Source of the DNA: a virus
Taxonomy: Duplodnaviria; Caudoviricetes
DNA: 50,925 bases
Strand: one strand, 5' to 3'
Virus record (IMG/VR): IMGVR_UViG_3300044739_000008
Coordinates: 1-50,925 of that record
Of the stretch, positions 25,623 through 35,248 are shown one piece after another; position 1 is the stretch's first letter; the number at the start of each line of letters is the position of its first letter. Both the position numbers and the translations under genes were made by a program. The notes below the pieces were generated by a model that was not told the origin of the DNA, ran no database searches, and saw only the letters and a program-made list of their open reading frames with translations.

Positions 25623-25955
25623 TTACTGAGGGTCCGAAGCGGTCTTGACGCGGACCGTGCGCTTGGCCTTGCCGGCCTTCGACGTGGACGTGGTGCCCTT
25701 GGCCTTCGCGCTCGACGCCTTCTTGGCGGCGGGCTTCGGGCCGGAGCCGTTGCGGACGATCGCCTTGGTGGTCTCGCCGGGCTTGACGCCTCCGGCGTTG
25801 AGACCGGCCTCCGCCATGATCGCGGTCATCGGTCCCGAGCCGAGCTTGACGCCCAGCGCCTCGCGGACCTCGTTCCACGTCTTGCCCTGCTTGCGCAGCT
25901 TGGCGATGGCCGTGGCGCTCGGGCGCTTCGGGGCGGTCTTGGTCTGTGCGGGCAT
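25623..25955 (-). CDS. Basic Lys/Ala-rich protein with HTH-like core
   Basis: IAKLRKQGKTWNEVREALGV; KPAAKKASSAKAK tail; SD GGAGGT. Confidence 0.7.
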   Translation of the reverse strand: MPAQTKTAPKRPSATAIAKLRKQGKTWNEVREALGVKLGSGPMTAIMAEAGLNAGGVKPGETTKAIVRNGSGPKPAAKKASSAKAKGTTSTSKAGKAKRTVRVKTASDPQ

Positions 25956-26008
25956 TTCAGCTACCTCCGGTGTCTCGCGGAGGGCCATTCCCTCCGTCGC
26001 TTCGGCGA

Positions 26009-26037
26009 ACCATACTACCAGATGAACCGGAGCACAA
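26009..26037 (-). promoter_or_regulatory. Sigma70-type promoter at start of early region
   Basis: TTGTGC-17 bp-TATGGT. Confidence 0.55.
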
Positions 26038-26047
26038 CCAGGAACTG

Positions 26048-26476
26048 CTAGGGGATCGGGACGGGTGGCTTGGTGCCGACCACGCGCCGGTCCTCGACCA
26101 CCGGGAGCCGGGGAGGGATCGCCGCGACGATCCTGATGTACTTGATCTCCTCGGGGTGAGGGAGCCGGACACCGCGCTCGGCGGGACGATCAACCGTCAG
26201 CACGCAGTCGAGAATCGCGTACAGCCTGATCGACCGCTCGCGCTCGGCTGCTTTGTCCTCGCGCTGACGTGAGTCGATCCGTTCGAGGGCGCGGACTACG
26301 TTGCCGCGCTCGCACCCGGTGATTGCGGCTTGGCGGACCGTCTCAGCAAGCTCGCGGGCGGTTGCGGCATTGTCATCGGCTTTGTCCGCCGTAGTGAGCG
26401 TGGTCCCGGCGACGACACCGAAGGCGCCGAGCCCGAGGACGATGCCGATTGCGAGTAGCCAACGGCCCATGATCAA
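26048..26476 (-). CDS. Membrane-anchored coiled-coil protein (lysis accessory?)
   Basis: N-terminal TM; GCERGNVVRA...ILDC. Confidence 0.7.
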   Translation of the reverse strand: MIMGRWLLAIGIVLGLGAFGVVAGTTLTTADKADDNAATARELAETVRQAAITGCERGNVVRALERIDSRQREDKAAERERSIRLYAILDCVLTVDRPAERGVRLPHPEEIKYIRIVAAIPPRLPVVEDRRVVGTKPPVPIP

Positions 26477-27381
26477 CCTCCTCCTGTACAGATGATCGGT
26501 AGCGGCAGGTTGTTGCAGACTCCCTCGATCACGTCTGGTAGGAGCCCTTGACCGGGATCAGGAGTCTCGGGGACCGGCACGGGCGGTAGCTCCGGCGTGG
26601 TCGGCGTCGGCGGGGTGGTTGGCGTCGTCGGCGTCGGGCTCGGGTCCCCGCCGCCACCGCCGTTCCCGTCGCCGCCGCCGTCGCCGCCTCCTCCGTCCCC
26701 ATTGCCTCTGGGTGCCTCCCTGGGCCTCTGCGGCTGCCCCGTACCGGGCTGGGGTCTACCCTGGGTAGGGTCCGGGGCGACCTGCGCGCGTGGGGAGGCG
26801 AGCTTGCGCGGCGGCGGGTCGCTCAGCCGGTCCAGTTGACGCTCGATCCGGTCGTCTCGGCGCCGCGCCTCCGGGTCCAGTTGATCGTCTCCCGGCGTAG
26901 GGTCCAGGAGCCCTTGAAGGTACTTGGCGACGAACGAGCGCTGCCCCTTCGGCCCGAGCGGGTCGGCGGGGTTGCCTTCGAGGTTCGGCTTGCAGTCGAG
27001 AATCGGGAGGTTGGCGCGCACTCGCCGGAGGCTCACCTTGCGTTGCGCCTCGGCGGACGACAGTAGCTGAATGACGATCGGATCGGCGCTCTGCGGGATG
27101 ATGATCGGTGTCGCGTAGGCGGCGTGGATCTCGGCGCGGTCCAGCTGATCCCTCGCGCAGATTCTGAACGCCGCCGTGCGCAAGCTCGCCGTGTCCTTGG
27201 CCTCCAGTTTCTCTACCCGGTCGATCCACGTGACGATCGTGTAGCCGCCGACCGCGAGCCCGACCGTAAGGATCACGATGAAAGCGATCATGATCCCCTT
27301 GAGCTGGTTGAACTCGTCGTGGGTGAGCAGCTGCGGCTCCTCCTTAGCCACCTGTCGAATGTCTCGCTTATCCGTCTCCAT
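26473..27381 (-). CDS. Membrane-anchored protein with Gly- and Pro/Thr-rich tail
   Basis: TM helix; ICARDQLDRA...ILDC; GGGG and PTPTTPTTPP repeats. Confidence 0.7.
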   Translation of the reverse strand: METDKRDIRQVAKEEPQLLTHDEFNQLKGIMIAFIVILTVGLAVGGYTIVTWIDRVEKLEAKDTASLRTAAFRICARDQLDRAEIHAAYATPIIIPQSADPIVIQLLSSAEAQRKVSLRRVRANLPILDCKPNLEGNPADPLGPKGQRSFVAKYLQGLLDPTPGDDQLDPEARRRDDRIERQLDRLSDPPPRKLASPRAQVAPDPTQGRPQPGTGQPQRPREAPRGNGDGGGGDGGGDGNGGGGGDPSPTPTTPTTPPTPTTPELPPVPVPETPDPGQGLLPDVIEGVCNNLPLPIICTGGG

Positions 27382-27568
27382 TTGCTTTGTCCTTTCCGCC
27401 TCCTCCGATTGAGATGACCTTCGAGCCGAGTAGGAAGCCGACCGCGATTAGCACGACCGGGATGACCTCGGGAGGCGCCTTGAACTCCGGGTCGAAGAAT
27501 GCCCGGAGATACAACGCAGTCCAGACGGCGAAGGCGACCAGCGCGACGATGGTCCGTATGTGTTGCAT
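27368..27568 (-). CDS. Two-TM holin-like protein
   Basis: Two hydrophobic helices joined by FDPEFKAPPE. Confidence 0.6.
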   Translation of the reverse strand: MQHIRTIVALVAFAVWTALYLRAFFDPEFKAPPEVIPVVLIAVGFLLGSKVISIGGGGKDKANGDG

Positions 27569-27570
27569 GC

Positions 27571-27729
27571 TCAGCGGAGGAGTATCCATATCGAGGCGAT
27601 CAGGAGGACCGCTGAGGCAACGTACACGCCGACCGCGTTGGCGGCGATTACCGTGACCAGGGCGCAGATCGCTAGGACGATCCCAGCGCTCAACTCGTCC
27701 CGCTCGCGCTGTCGGCTATGCCCGTTCAC
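27571..27729 (-). CDS. 52-aa two-TM protein (not in ORF track)
   Basis: AGIVLAICALVTVIAANAVGVYVASAVLLIASIWILLR. Confidence 0.55.
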   Translation of the reverse strand: MNGHSRQRERDELSAGIVLAICALVTVIAANAVGVYVASAVLLIASIWILLR

Positions 27730-27730
27730 G

Positions 27731-28447
27731 CTACCCCTTGACGGCGATCACGATCAGTCGGGCGACTCCTCGCGGCTGCCAACGCACCGGCGAGTTTCCG
27801 ATGCTGACTCCGAAGTGACAGGATGCCGCGTCACCCTCGTTGAGCGCGAGCCCTTGGATCAGGTGGAAGCTGCAGTCCTTGCCGCCCGTGATGTCGATCG
27901 GGACGGACGCGCCGGTGCCGCCGATCTGCGTGTAGCCGAACGCCGAGCCCGCGCCACCGCGCGTATCGACGCCATGCTGATCGGCGATGGCGATCATCGT
28001 CCCGTCGAAGGGCATCGTTGCGGCTCCCAGGCTGATGTACGTGACCTGCGAGTTGTCGTTGACCGGCGTCTGGTTGGTCGAGATACCCGAGGTCAGGTAC
28101 ACGAGCGTCCCCGCCGCGAGCTTCGAGAGGGCGATGCCCGCGTCGTCAACGATCTTGGCGTTGGTGACGCTCGCGTCAGTCGGCGTCCGCTGGTTGGCCA
28201 GGCGTGCGTCGCCTTCGAGGATGACGCTGAGCCACTCGTCCCCGTCATCGACGTAGACCGCCGCGCCGTCCGTCCTGCGGTACCAGCGCCCGGACTTTGA
28301 GGCAGCCGGTCGATCGGCCAGAGCACCCTCCGTCCAGACCGACATCTTGGCGTCCACGACCTCGGCGGCGGCCTGGATGTCGGCGGGGACATCGACGTCA
28401 TCCACGTCGGCGGGGTACGGGATTTGGTGCTTGGTAGTCGTGGCCAT
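27731..28447 (-). CDS. Tail fibre/minor tail protein
   Basis: TTKHQIPYP...DVPADI, GALADRPAA, SVTNAKI motifs; follows baseplate. Confidence 0.7.
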   Translation of the reverse strand: MATTTKHQIPYPADVDDVDVPADIQAAAEVVDAKMSVWTEGALADRPAASKSGRWYRRTDGAAVYVDDGDEWLSVILEGDARLANQRTPTDASVTNAKIVDDAGIALSKLAAGTLVYLTSGISTNQTPVNDNSQVTYISLGAATMPFDGTMIAIADQHGVDTRGGAGSAFGYTQIGGTGASVPIDITGGKDCSFHLIQGLALNEGDAASCHFGVSIGNSPVRWQPRGVARLIVIAVKG

Positions 28448-29140
28448 CTAGGACTCCTTGATCTGTTCGTAGGTCTGGCTGGTGGCCTCCAGGTCGCCAT
28501 AGGTCGCGTAGGCGGCGGCAAGCTCGGCGTAGGTCACGTGCTCCACATCGAGGTAGTCCAGGATGATCCCGGCAGGCTTCTGCGACCTGAGCGCCCGGTC
28601 CACGGCATTCGCGTCCGGCGTCTCGGCGTCGATCGTCGCCGCAGCCGCTTGCCAGGCGTTGCCGCCGACGCGCTCTGTGATGATGACGCTCTTGGTCCCG
28701 GTGAGGAACAGCTTGGCAGCCGCGATCATCGCGGCGGGGCGCCCTCGCTCGAAGCCGACGCGAGCCTCCACGAGGCTCTTGACCCGAGCGTGGTAGTCCT
28801 CGTCCGTCTCATCGAGGAGGCGCGGAGGAGAGACGATCCCGATGAACTGAGCGAGGTACAGGAGCGCGTCGAGCGACACGGTGTCGAGATTGAGCAGCAC
28901 GGAGTAGTCCGGCTGTCGCGCAAGCTCGTCCACGAACTCGAACGGCTGCATGAGAGCGCCGCAGAGCTTGAACAGGACGTAGTTCTGCTCCACGTCGTCC
29001 GGGTGGTACGGCTTGAGCCGGTTGTACAACTCGTTCTGGAGAGGGGTTGCGTCATCGAACGGCCCTGGCGCGGTATCGGCGAGCGGGTCGCCGAAGGTGC
29101 CTGAGCCGAACGTGCCTGATCCGAAGCCGCCTGGGGTCAT
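28448..29140 (-). CDS. Baseplate wedge / P2 gpI-like protein
   Basis: LLYLAQFIG, RG.PAAM, SQKPAGI motifs; ATG at 29140. Confidence 0.75.
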   Translation of the reverse strand: MTPGGFGSGTFGSGTFGDPLADTAPGPFDDATPLQNELYNRLKPYHPDDVEQNYVLFKLCGALMQPFEFVDELARQPDYSVLLNLDTVSLDALLYLAQFIGIVSPPRLLDETDEDYHARVKSLVEARVGFERGRPAAMIAAAKLFLTGTKSVIITERVGGNAWQAAAATIDAETPDANAVDRALRSQKPAGIILDYLDVEHVTYAELAAAYATYGDLEATSQTYEQIKES

Positions 29141-29898
29141 ATGATGTCCTGTAGGGTTCCGCCGACCTTGACTTGTAGCGCGTCCGGCGTCTGTACGGTT
29201 CCGCCGATCTTCACCTTGACCGGCTTGGTCACGACCGCTCCGGCGAGCTTCATCTTGACGGAGGGGACGGCGCCTGCGGGTACGGGCGGCTGGATGGCGA
29301 TGACGGAGCCGTTGTTGATCTGAGCCGTCCCGAGCACGCCTGTCTTCGGCCCGTAGGGAGTCCCAGCGCCTCCGCTGAGCAGCTGATCCGCCGCGAACAC
29401 CGAGTTGGCGATATTGTCGAAGGCGGTCATCCCAGCCGGAGCGGTCCACGAGGCGCACGGCCCGTCCGGGCTGAAGAACCCGAGCATGAAGCAGTCGGGG
29501 TTCGTCGGCGTGATCTGCGGCGCGACGCAGTTGGCGCTCGACGCGACTGCGTTCTGGTTGCCGCTCGTCAGGATCGGCGTCGTGGGGTCCGCGCCCGAGA
29601 GGGCGACGCATCTCCACCAGCGGAAGGTATTGGTGCCGCCGTAGGTGAAGACCCACGGACCCGCTGCGCCGTCATCGAACCGCCAGAAGGCGGCATAGCG
29701 GCGGGCGCCGTTCGTGACGTTGTAGATCGTGTTCCACCCGGCTCCTGCCGGTGCGGCGATGATCGTGGCGACCTCGACGGCGATGTGGACCACGAGGATG
29801 TTCCCGCCGCCCGAGCCCGCGCCAGCGGGTCGCGTGACGCTCGCGGTGGTCCCGCTCGCGGCGGCGAACCGACTCGTGCCTGTTCGTGCGACGGCCAT
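29137..29898 (-). CDS. Minor tail/receptor-binding protein
   Basis: Beta-rich, WT.PAG motifs, in tail-tip cluster. Confidence 0.65.
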   Translation of the reverse strand: MAVARTGTSRFAAASGTTASVTRPAGAGSGGGNILVVHIAVEVATIIAAPAGAGWNTIYNVTNGARRYAAFWRFDDGAAGPWVFTYGGTNTFRWWRCVALSGADPTTPILTSGNQNAVASSANCVAPQITPTNPDCFMLGFFSPDGPCASWTAPAGMTAFDNIANSVFAADQLLSGGAGTPYGPKTGVLGTAQINNGSVIAIQPPVPAGAVPSVKMKLAGAVVTKPVKVKIGGTVQTPDALQVKVGGTLQDII

Positions 29899-31610
29899 CA
29901 GGCGGTGTTGACCCAGATGTCGCCGTTAGCGAGGTTCGTAGGCTCCACGGTACAGAGCCAGATGTACTGCGCGAACTCGCCGACCGGGCGAGCCGTCGCC
30001 GCCGTCGAGCCCGCGTCGATGATCCCGAGCCCGCGCGTCTCAACGAGCGCGTTGGTCCCGTAGTTGCCTCGGGAGAGGTACGTGGCGGGTGCCGCCGTCT
30101 GCGTGAAGCTCGCTCCGGCGACCTGGTTGAACTCGCAGCCGATCACCCGCCAGATCGCCGTGGCGTCCGCGTTGCGGAGGCAGGCGCCCGCCGTCGAGCG
30201 GAAGCGCTCGCCCTCGCACGTGACATCGGCGGCTCCGACAGCGGCGGGGACGTACACCCACTCCGTCGCCGTCCCGAGGTACTTGTTCCCTCGGAGCTTG
30301 TACACGCCGTTGTCCTCGATGCGGATGGCGTTGGTGATCGCCGCGTTGGGCTTGAACACGTTGTCGTAGATGTCCCACTCGCCGAGCCCGCCCCAGATGA
30401 ACCTCGTCTTGAATCCTCGGAACAAGTTGCGACCGATCCGCACGCCCTTTGTCCCGCCGTCGCTCTGGGGCTCGATCCCGGTGGTGGCGCCCTCTCCGCA
30501 GAAGTCGTTGTCGAGGATGTCCGCGCCGCCGCCGTCATCGAAGCCGATCCAGATGGTGTCGGCCGCGAAGGTGTTGGCCTGAATCAACGGGATCGCGCCG
30601 CGAGCCGCGACCACGCAGCCGACCGTGAGGTCAGGGCCGAAGTAGTTGCCGACGATCTTCTGGTGCTTGCCGGCGTCGGCGTCGGTTGTGCCCTCGTCGT
30701 AGATGTGACAGCAGTACCCGGTCCCGACGCTCGACAGGAAGCGGTTGAACGCGATCTCGAAGCACCAGTCGGTGTAGATGTACAGGCCGTGGAAGTGGTT
30801 GTCCGCGCTCTGGCCGAAGTCGCGGAAGGTACAGAACATCACGCGGCAGAGCTTCTCACCGCCGGTCCCGTCCGAGTTGAGCATGACCGGCGTACAGAAC
30901 TCCTGCTCATCGCCGGTCGCGTAGCCGATGAACTCGCACCAGTACGCCTCGACGTTCCCGAGCCAGTTGCCCGCCGACGAGACGCGGAGCATCGACTGCG
31001 CCTTGTTGAACACGCAGTGCTCGGCTCGCATGTAGCCGGTGTCGCCGTCCGCGTAGATGACGTCGAAGATTCCCGGCACCCCGATGTTCGCCGGTCCGTT
31101 GATGACCAGGTCCTTGAGGATCACCGAGCCGCCGTCGCCGACCTTGAACAAGTAGGTGTCGCCGATCAGCGGGTCATTCGAGATGGTGATGGTCGTCGCG
31201 CCCTCGACTCCGGCGAACGTGATCTTGCGGTCCTCCACGTCGATCCCGCCGACCGCCTCGACATCGAACGAGTAGTCACCCCGAGGGACGAAGATCGTTG
31301 CGATGGCCTCGGCGGCGAGCCCGTCCACGATGTCTCGCAGCGTCTCGATCTGCTCGTCAGGGTCGGCGGCGTCATCGATGTCGGCGGTGATGAACATCCC
31401 GCCTGCGCCGCCGCCGATCCCCGCGAGCGCTTCGGCGATCTTGTCCTTCAGCGTCTCGCCGGGGAAGGCGTCGGCGCCGATCTTCTCCTGGATGGCGACG
31501 AGGGTGTCACCGATCTTGGTGTGGAGCGCCGGGTGAAGATCGACCTGGAACAACTCGTTGTCGATCGCCTCGTCAAACGGCTGGATCTCTTCAGGGAATA
31601 CAGTGGCCAT
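29898..31610 (-). CDS. Tailspike-like protein with parallel beta-helix (pectin lyase-like)
   Basis: TIFVPRGDY, ITFAG, repeated I..N.F motifs. Confidence 0.7.
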   Translation of the reverse strand: MATVFPEEIQPFDEAIDNELFQVDLHPALHTKIGDTLVAIQEKIGADAFPGETLKDKIAEALAGIGGGAGGMFITADIDDAADPDEQIETLRDIVDGLAAEAIATIFVPRGDYSFDVEAVGGIDVEDRKITFAGVEGATTITISNDPLIGDTYLFKVGDGGSVILKDLVINGPANIGVPGIFDVIYADGDTGYMRAEHCVFNKAQSMLRVSSAGNWLGNVEAYWCEFIGYATGDEQEFCTPVMLNSDGTGGEKLCRVMFCTFRDFGQSADNHFHGLYIYTDWCFEIAFNRFLSSVGTGYCCHIYDEGTTDADAGKHQKIVGNYFGPDLTVGCVVAARGAIPLIQANTFAADTIWIGFDDGGGADILDNDFCGEGATTGIEPQSDGGTKGVRIGRNLFRGFKTRFIWGGLGEWDIYDNVFKPNAAITNAIRIEDNGVYKLRGNKYLGTATEWVYVPAAVGAADVTCEGERFRSTAGACLRNADATAIWRVIGCEFNQVAGASFTQTAAPATYLSRGNYGTNALVETRGLGIIDAGSTAATARPVGEFAQYIWLCTVEPTNLANGDIWVNTA

Positions 31611-31620
31611 GGTCGTCTCC

Positions 31621-32760
31621 TTATGTGACCGTGCTCGTGATCGTCCCGGCTGACGGGAGCGCCGCCACACCGTCCATTGTGACGTCCACCGCCGCGAGGG
31701 CGCCGCCTTCGACGCCGATCGTGAGGGATGTCAGGTGTCCGAAGCCCGCAACGTTGTTGATGAGCGTCGCAACCTCCAGGTAGCGAATCTTGTTGTCCAC
31801 GTCCGGGTCGAAGTTCGCCGGTGACAGGAACTCGGCCAGGGCCGCGTCCACAGCCGCCTCGACCGTCGCCGGGTCGGCACCCGGTGCCGCCGTCCCTACA
31901 TATGTAGCAGCGATCTCCGTGTACTCGAAGTCGATGACGTGGACGACGAAGTTCAGTTCACGGAGGCTCTCAAGGTACGCCTTGGCAGCCGCGAGCGCGG
32001 GCGCTCCTACTACCTCGCCCGCCTCGTCGGCGGCGGCGACCGTCACCATCTTCTCATTGTCCTCCGTCTCGGCAACGGGGTCATAGCCGTCGATGGCGAC
32101 CGTGCGGACGATCGGCGGGATGCGACGCGCGAGGACCGCAAAGTCATTCGGGAGGATCGGCGTGGGCGTGAGCAGCGTCAACTCCTCGCGGAGCCGGTTG
32201 AGATAGTCCTCGTCCTCCTCCGCGTCGGTGCCGCCCGCCGTGTCTGCGATCAGGGTGGTGTTCGAGATGAAGCCCGCGTCGGTGTCGAGCAGTTCCGGGT
32301 CGCTCAGTCCGTTGTACTGGGCTCCGGGCTCGGCGCTCACGAGGACCGCCGCGCCGGCAACGGTCGAAGTCGAGCCCGCAGGGATCGTGATGTCGGTCGC
32401 AAGCTCGAAGATCGCTGTCTGGACGGTTCCGGGGATGCCCATCGTGAAGCGCGTCCCCTGCTCCACGATGTAGCCCGCGTCGTCCTCCGTCTCGATCGTC
32501 GCGTTGCCCGTCGCATACGCCTCGCTCACCGGCATGATGCCCATGATGGACGCGCCGAAGCTCCTGAAGATTGCCTCGGTGACGTCGCTCGCTACCTCGC
32601 GCGTCTCGGCGGCGACCTGGCACGCGGCCTCGATGAGTCGCACGAGCAGTTCGCTGTCCTGAGGCTCCCACTCGGGGAAGTGAGCCTCAATCCAGTCGTA
32701 CACCTGCTCGATTAGCTCCTCAGGGTCTTGCTCGATCGGAAAGGCGACAAAATCAGCCAT
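31621..32760 (-). CDS. Baseplate J-like protein
   Basis: EPGAQYN, AGGTDAEEDEDYLNRL. Confidence 0.9.
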   Translation of the reverse strand: MADFVAFPIEQDPEELIEQVYDWIEAHFPEWEPQDSELLVRLIEAACQVAAETREVASDVTEAIFRSFGASIMGIMPVSEAYATGNATIETEDDAGYIVEQGTRFTMGIPGTVQTAIFELATDITIPAGSTSTVAGAAVLVSAEPGAQYNGLSDPELLDTDAGFISNTTLIADTAGGTDAEEDEDYLNRLREELTLLTPTPILPNDFAVLARRIPPIVRTVAIDGYDPVAETEDNEKMVTVAAADEAGEVVGAPALAAAKAYLESLRELNFVVHVIDFEYTEIAATYVGTAAPGADPATVEAAVDAALAEFLSPANFDPDVDNKIRYLEVATLINNVAGFGHLTSLTIGVEGGALAAVDVTMDGVAALPSAGTITSTVT

Positions 32761-33076
32761 GCGGTCCTCCCACTCCGATCGCTATGTTGGCGATGCGGTT
32801 CATAAGGTCAGGTTGCTGGGACATGAGAAGGTCGGCGCGAGGCTCCCACTCGATGATCTCCTCTCGAAGCCGGTCCATGTCCACCAGGTGTACCTCGGCG
32901 AACTCGGGCGGCGTGATGCCGAAGGTCGGCGCGTCCGGGAGCGAGCCGCGCGGCGTCGTCACGATGCAGTGGACGCACGCCAAGATGTCGTCGTCGCTCC
33001 CCTGCTCGACGTACACGGGCTGGCCGCCGTCGAAGCGCAGCGGGAAGTCAAGGTGAGGTGTCGTCGGGCTAGGCAT
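32753..33076 (-). CDS. gp25/GPW-like baseplate wedge protein
   Basis: DFPLRF, T.RG....P.FG, WEPR. Confidence 0.85.
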   Translation of the reverse strand: MPSPTTPHLDFPLRFDGGQPVYVEQGSDDDILACVHCIVTTPRGSLPDAPTFGITPPEFAEVHLVDMDRLREEIIEWEPRADLLMSQQPDLMNRIANIAIGVGGPHG

Positions 33077-33326
33077 ATCGCGTCCAGCAGACCACCCAGT
33101 GGTCCTCCTCCGTCTCGATGATCAGTGCCTTGTCATCCTGGCTGGGCCACATCACCTGAACCTCCTCCTCAACCAGTTGAGTCTGAGCCATCCACAGGCA
33201 CTCGAACTCCTGGTCACCGACCTTGACGCGCAGCCGCTCATCTTCCGCCTCGACGTTGGCCATGACCCGGCCTTCGAGGACGGCGAAGCGCGGCGGCGTC
33301 TCGGTGAAGAACTCGTCGGAAGGCAT
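33069..33326 (-). CDS. Probable baseplate spike (short OB-fold)
   Basis: EGRV...RLRV...WPSQDDKALI; between hub and gp25. Confidence 0.55.
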   Translation of the reverse strand: MPSDEFFTETPPRFAVLEGRVMANVEAEDERLRVKVGDQEFECLWMAQTQLVEEEVQVMWPSQDDKALIIETEEDHWVVCWTRYA

Positions 33327-35248
33327 CAGTGACCTGGCCAGTGTCTCTCGGTGAAGCCCGAGTGGTCGCGGTGAGTCGAGCGGACGTGCGGGCCGGAAGG
33401 CGGTCCGCCGCCTGTGTCGGCGCGCTTGTGCTCGCGCCCGTAGAACTCCATGAACACGTGCCCCTCGTTCGAGCAGACGGTGAAGTGCTTCCCCGGTCCG
33501 GGCTCGCCCCAAGACATGTACTGGGAGGAGTGCGCCACGTTCCCGATCTTCGCGGCGAGCAGGCACAGGCCAACGTAGCCGGAGCAGTCGATGCCGCGTG
33601 ACGTCGCTCCCTCGCCGCCGTGCCCGCCGCCGTACAGGTACGGGATGTTCATGTTCGAGATGCGGACCGCCTCGTCATAGACGAGATCGTACACGCCGCC
33701 GTCGCCGCCGCCCGTGTCATCGTTCGGGTGGCGTGAACCGCCGCTCTCATTCTTGAGTTCGGCCAACGGCTCGGGGAGGACCGGCTGACGGCGCCGGAGG
33801 GTGATCGTCGCCTCGCGGCGGAACAGGTTGCGCTGGACCTCGCCGACGAGCCAACGCCCGTCGATCGGCTCGCCCTCGTCCTCGATCTCCACGATGGCTC
33901 CGGGCGGGACCTCCCAGCGCTCGATCCGGCAGTTCACGACGCACGTGGCGACCCGCTTGCCGGTGTTCCACTCCCAGTCGATCCAGTTGACTCCGGGCGC
34001 GTCCTCGGAGATCACGGCGCGCGGCGTCGAGCGCATCAGCTGACCGTCGCTCAGGAAGTAGATCGTGTTGAGGAACTCGAAGCGGCGCCAGCGGACCTCC
34101 TCTGCCATTCTCCCGAGGCAGTCCCAGCTGTTCTCCCTACTCCCAGCGTCCCCTCGGCGGAAGGCGTAGCGCTTGCGCTCGCCACCGCCTCCACTGCCAG
34201 ACTCGATCGAGCCGCCGTGGTAGGCGGCGACGATCTTCTGCGCATAGGGGACGTAGGGACCGTACATGTAGGTCCCGATGTTGTTCATCACCGAGCCCGC
34301 GATCACAGCCGGAGCCGAGCCGCGCCGAGCCATGTCGATCGCGTTGCCCGGAGAGGCGCCGGTGAATCCGCCCTTCTTGGTGAGGAACAGATGCGTGGAC
34401 TTGGAGATCGAGCGCGCGTTGGCGAGCCCGTGGAAGCCGATCCGCAGCTGGAGGATGCCGATGGAGTCGAGATCGGTGACCGCTTGATCGGTGATGTTCT
34501 GGATCAGCGTCTCGTTGATCGTCGCGGCGATGACGGCGACCTGCGCGGCCTCCGGCGCTCCGTCCTCCATACACTGGTCGAGCACGACGCTCGCGTTGTG
34601 CTTCTGGACGTTGTTCATCGGGACCACGTTGCCCTGGTGATCCCGGATCATGAGCTTCTTGGAGTTGGGCACGCCCTTCTTGCGGCCCGCATCCTTCTTG
34701 TCCTTGTCAGCCTCGCGCCGAGCCTTGCCCTTGCCCTCTCCCTTGATCGGCTGTTCCTTGTGAAGGTCCGGGGAGACGTACTTGATCTTGGGCTTCTTGA
34801 TCTCGCGGACGAGGGCTAGCCCGAACTCGGCGCGCGTGACCTGATCACGGTACGCCTTCTTGGGCTTGTCCTTCTGCATCAGCTGCCAGACCGCCTCGGG
34901 GATGAAGGTGACGGTGTAGTCGTCGCCTCCCTTCGAGATGGCGACCAGGCGCCACTTCGACCTCGGGCTCAACTCCAGCTGGACCGCCTTCGCCCAGATG
35001 CCGGACTTGCGGAGCTTCCGGCCCTCGTCGTGGATGACCAGGAACAGGCTCGACGCGCCGGTGCAGGTGAACGTCAACTCGCCGTCCACGATCGCCTCGG
35101 AGACTTCCGCGCGGACTCGAACGCCGTCCAGCTTCAACTCCTCGACCGACGTGTCAAGCTCGGTGAGCCGGTCGCCCCGCTTGAGCACCTTCAGGTCCTC
35201 GCGCTTCGCGCCCTTCGGCGGGAGGAGGACGTCAGCAGCCGGACTCAA
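33326..35248 (-). CDS. Baseplate hub with lysozyme-like insert and C-terminal NlpC/P60 peptidase
   Basis: ENSWDCLGRMAEEV, G.WLV..V hub motifs; INET...DSIGILQLR; PYLYGGGH..GIDCSGYV..HVF. Confidence 0.8.
   Translation of the reverse strand: MSPAADVLLPPKGAKREDLKVLKRGDRLTELDTSVEELKLDGVRVRAEVSEAIVDGELTFTCTGASSLFLVIHDEGRKLRKSGIWAKAVQLELSPRSKWRLVAISKGGDDYTVTFIPEAVWQLMQKDKPKKAYRDQVTRAEFGLALVREIKKPKIKYVSPDLHKEQPIKGEGKGKARREADKDKKDAGRKKGVPNSKKLMIRDHQGNVVPMNNVQKHNASVVLDQCMEDGAPEAAQVAVIAATINETLIQNITDQAVTDLDSIGILQLRIGFHGLANARSISKSTHLFLTKKGGFTGASPGNAIDMARRGSAPAVIAGSVMNNIGTYMYGPYVPYAQKIVAAYHGGSIESGSGGGGERKRYAFRRGDAGSRENSWDCLGRMAEEVRWRRFEFLNTIYFLSDGQLMRSTPRAVISEDAPGVNWIDWEWNTGKRVATCVVNCRIERWEVPPGAIVEIEDEGEPIDGRWLVGEVQRNLFRREATITLRRRQPVLPEPLAELKNESGGSRHPNDDTGGGDGGVYDLVYDEAVRISNMNIPYLYGGGHGGEGATSRGIDCSGYVGLCLLAAKIGNVAHSSQYMSWGEPGPGKHFTVCSNEGHVFMEFYGREHKRADTGGGPPSGPHVRSTHRDHSGFTERHWPGH

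Noticed and set aside
29141-29656. N-terminal extension of ORF 28448..29656
   Set aside because: Overlaps gene 29137..29898 in another frame with Arg-rich off-frame composition; real start is likely 29140
27731-31610. Diversity-generating retroelement or invertible tail-fibre cassette
   Set aside because: No reverse transcriptase, invertase or template/variable repeat pair seen
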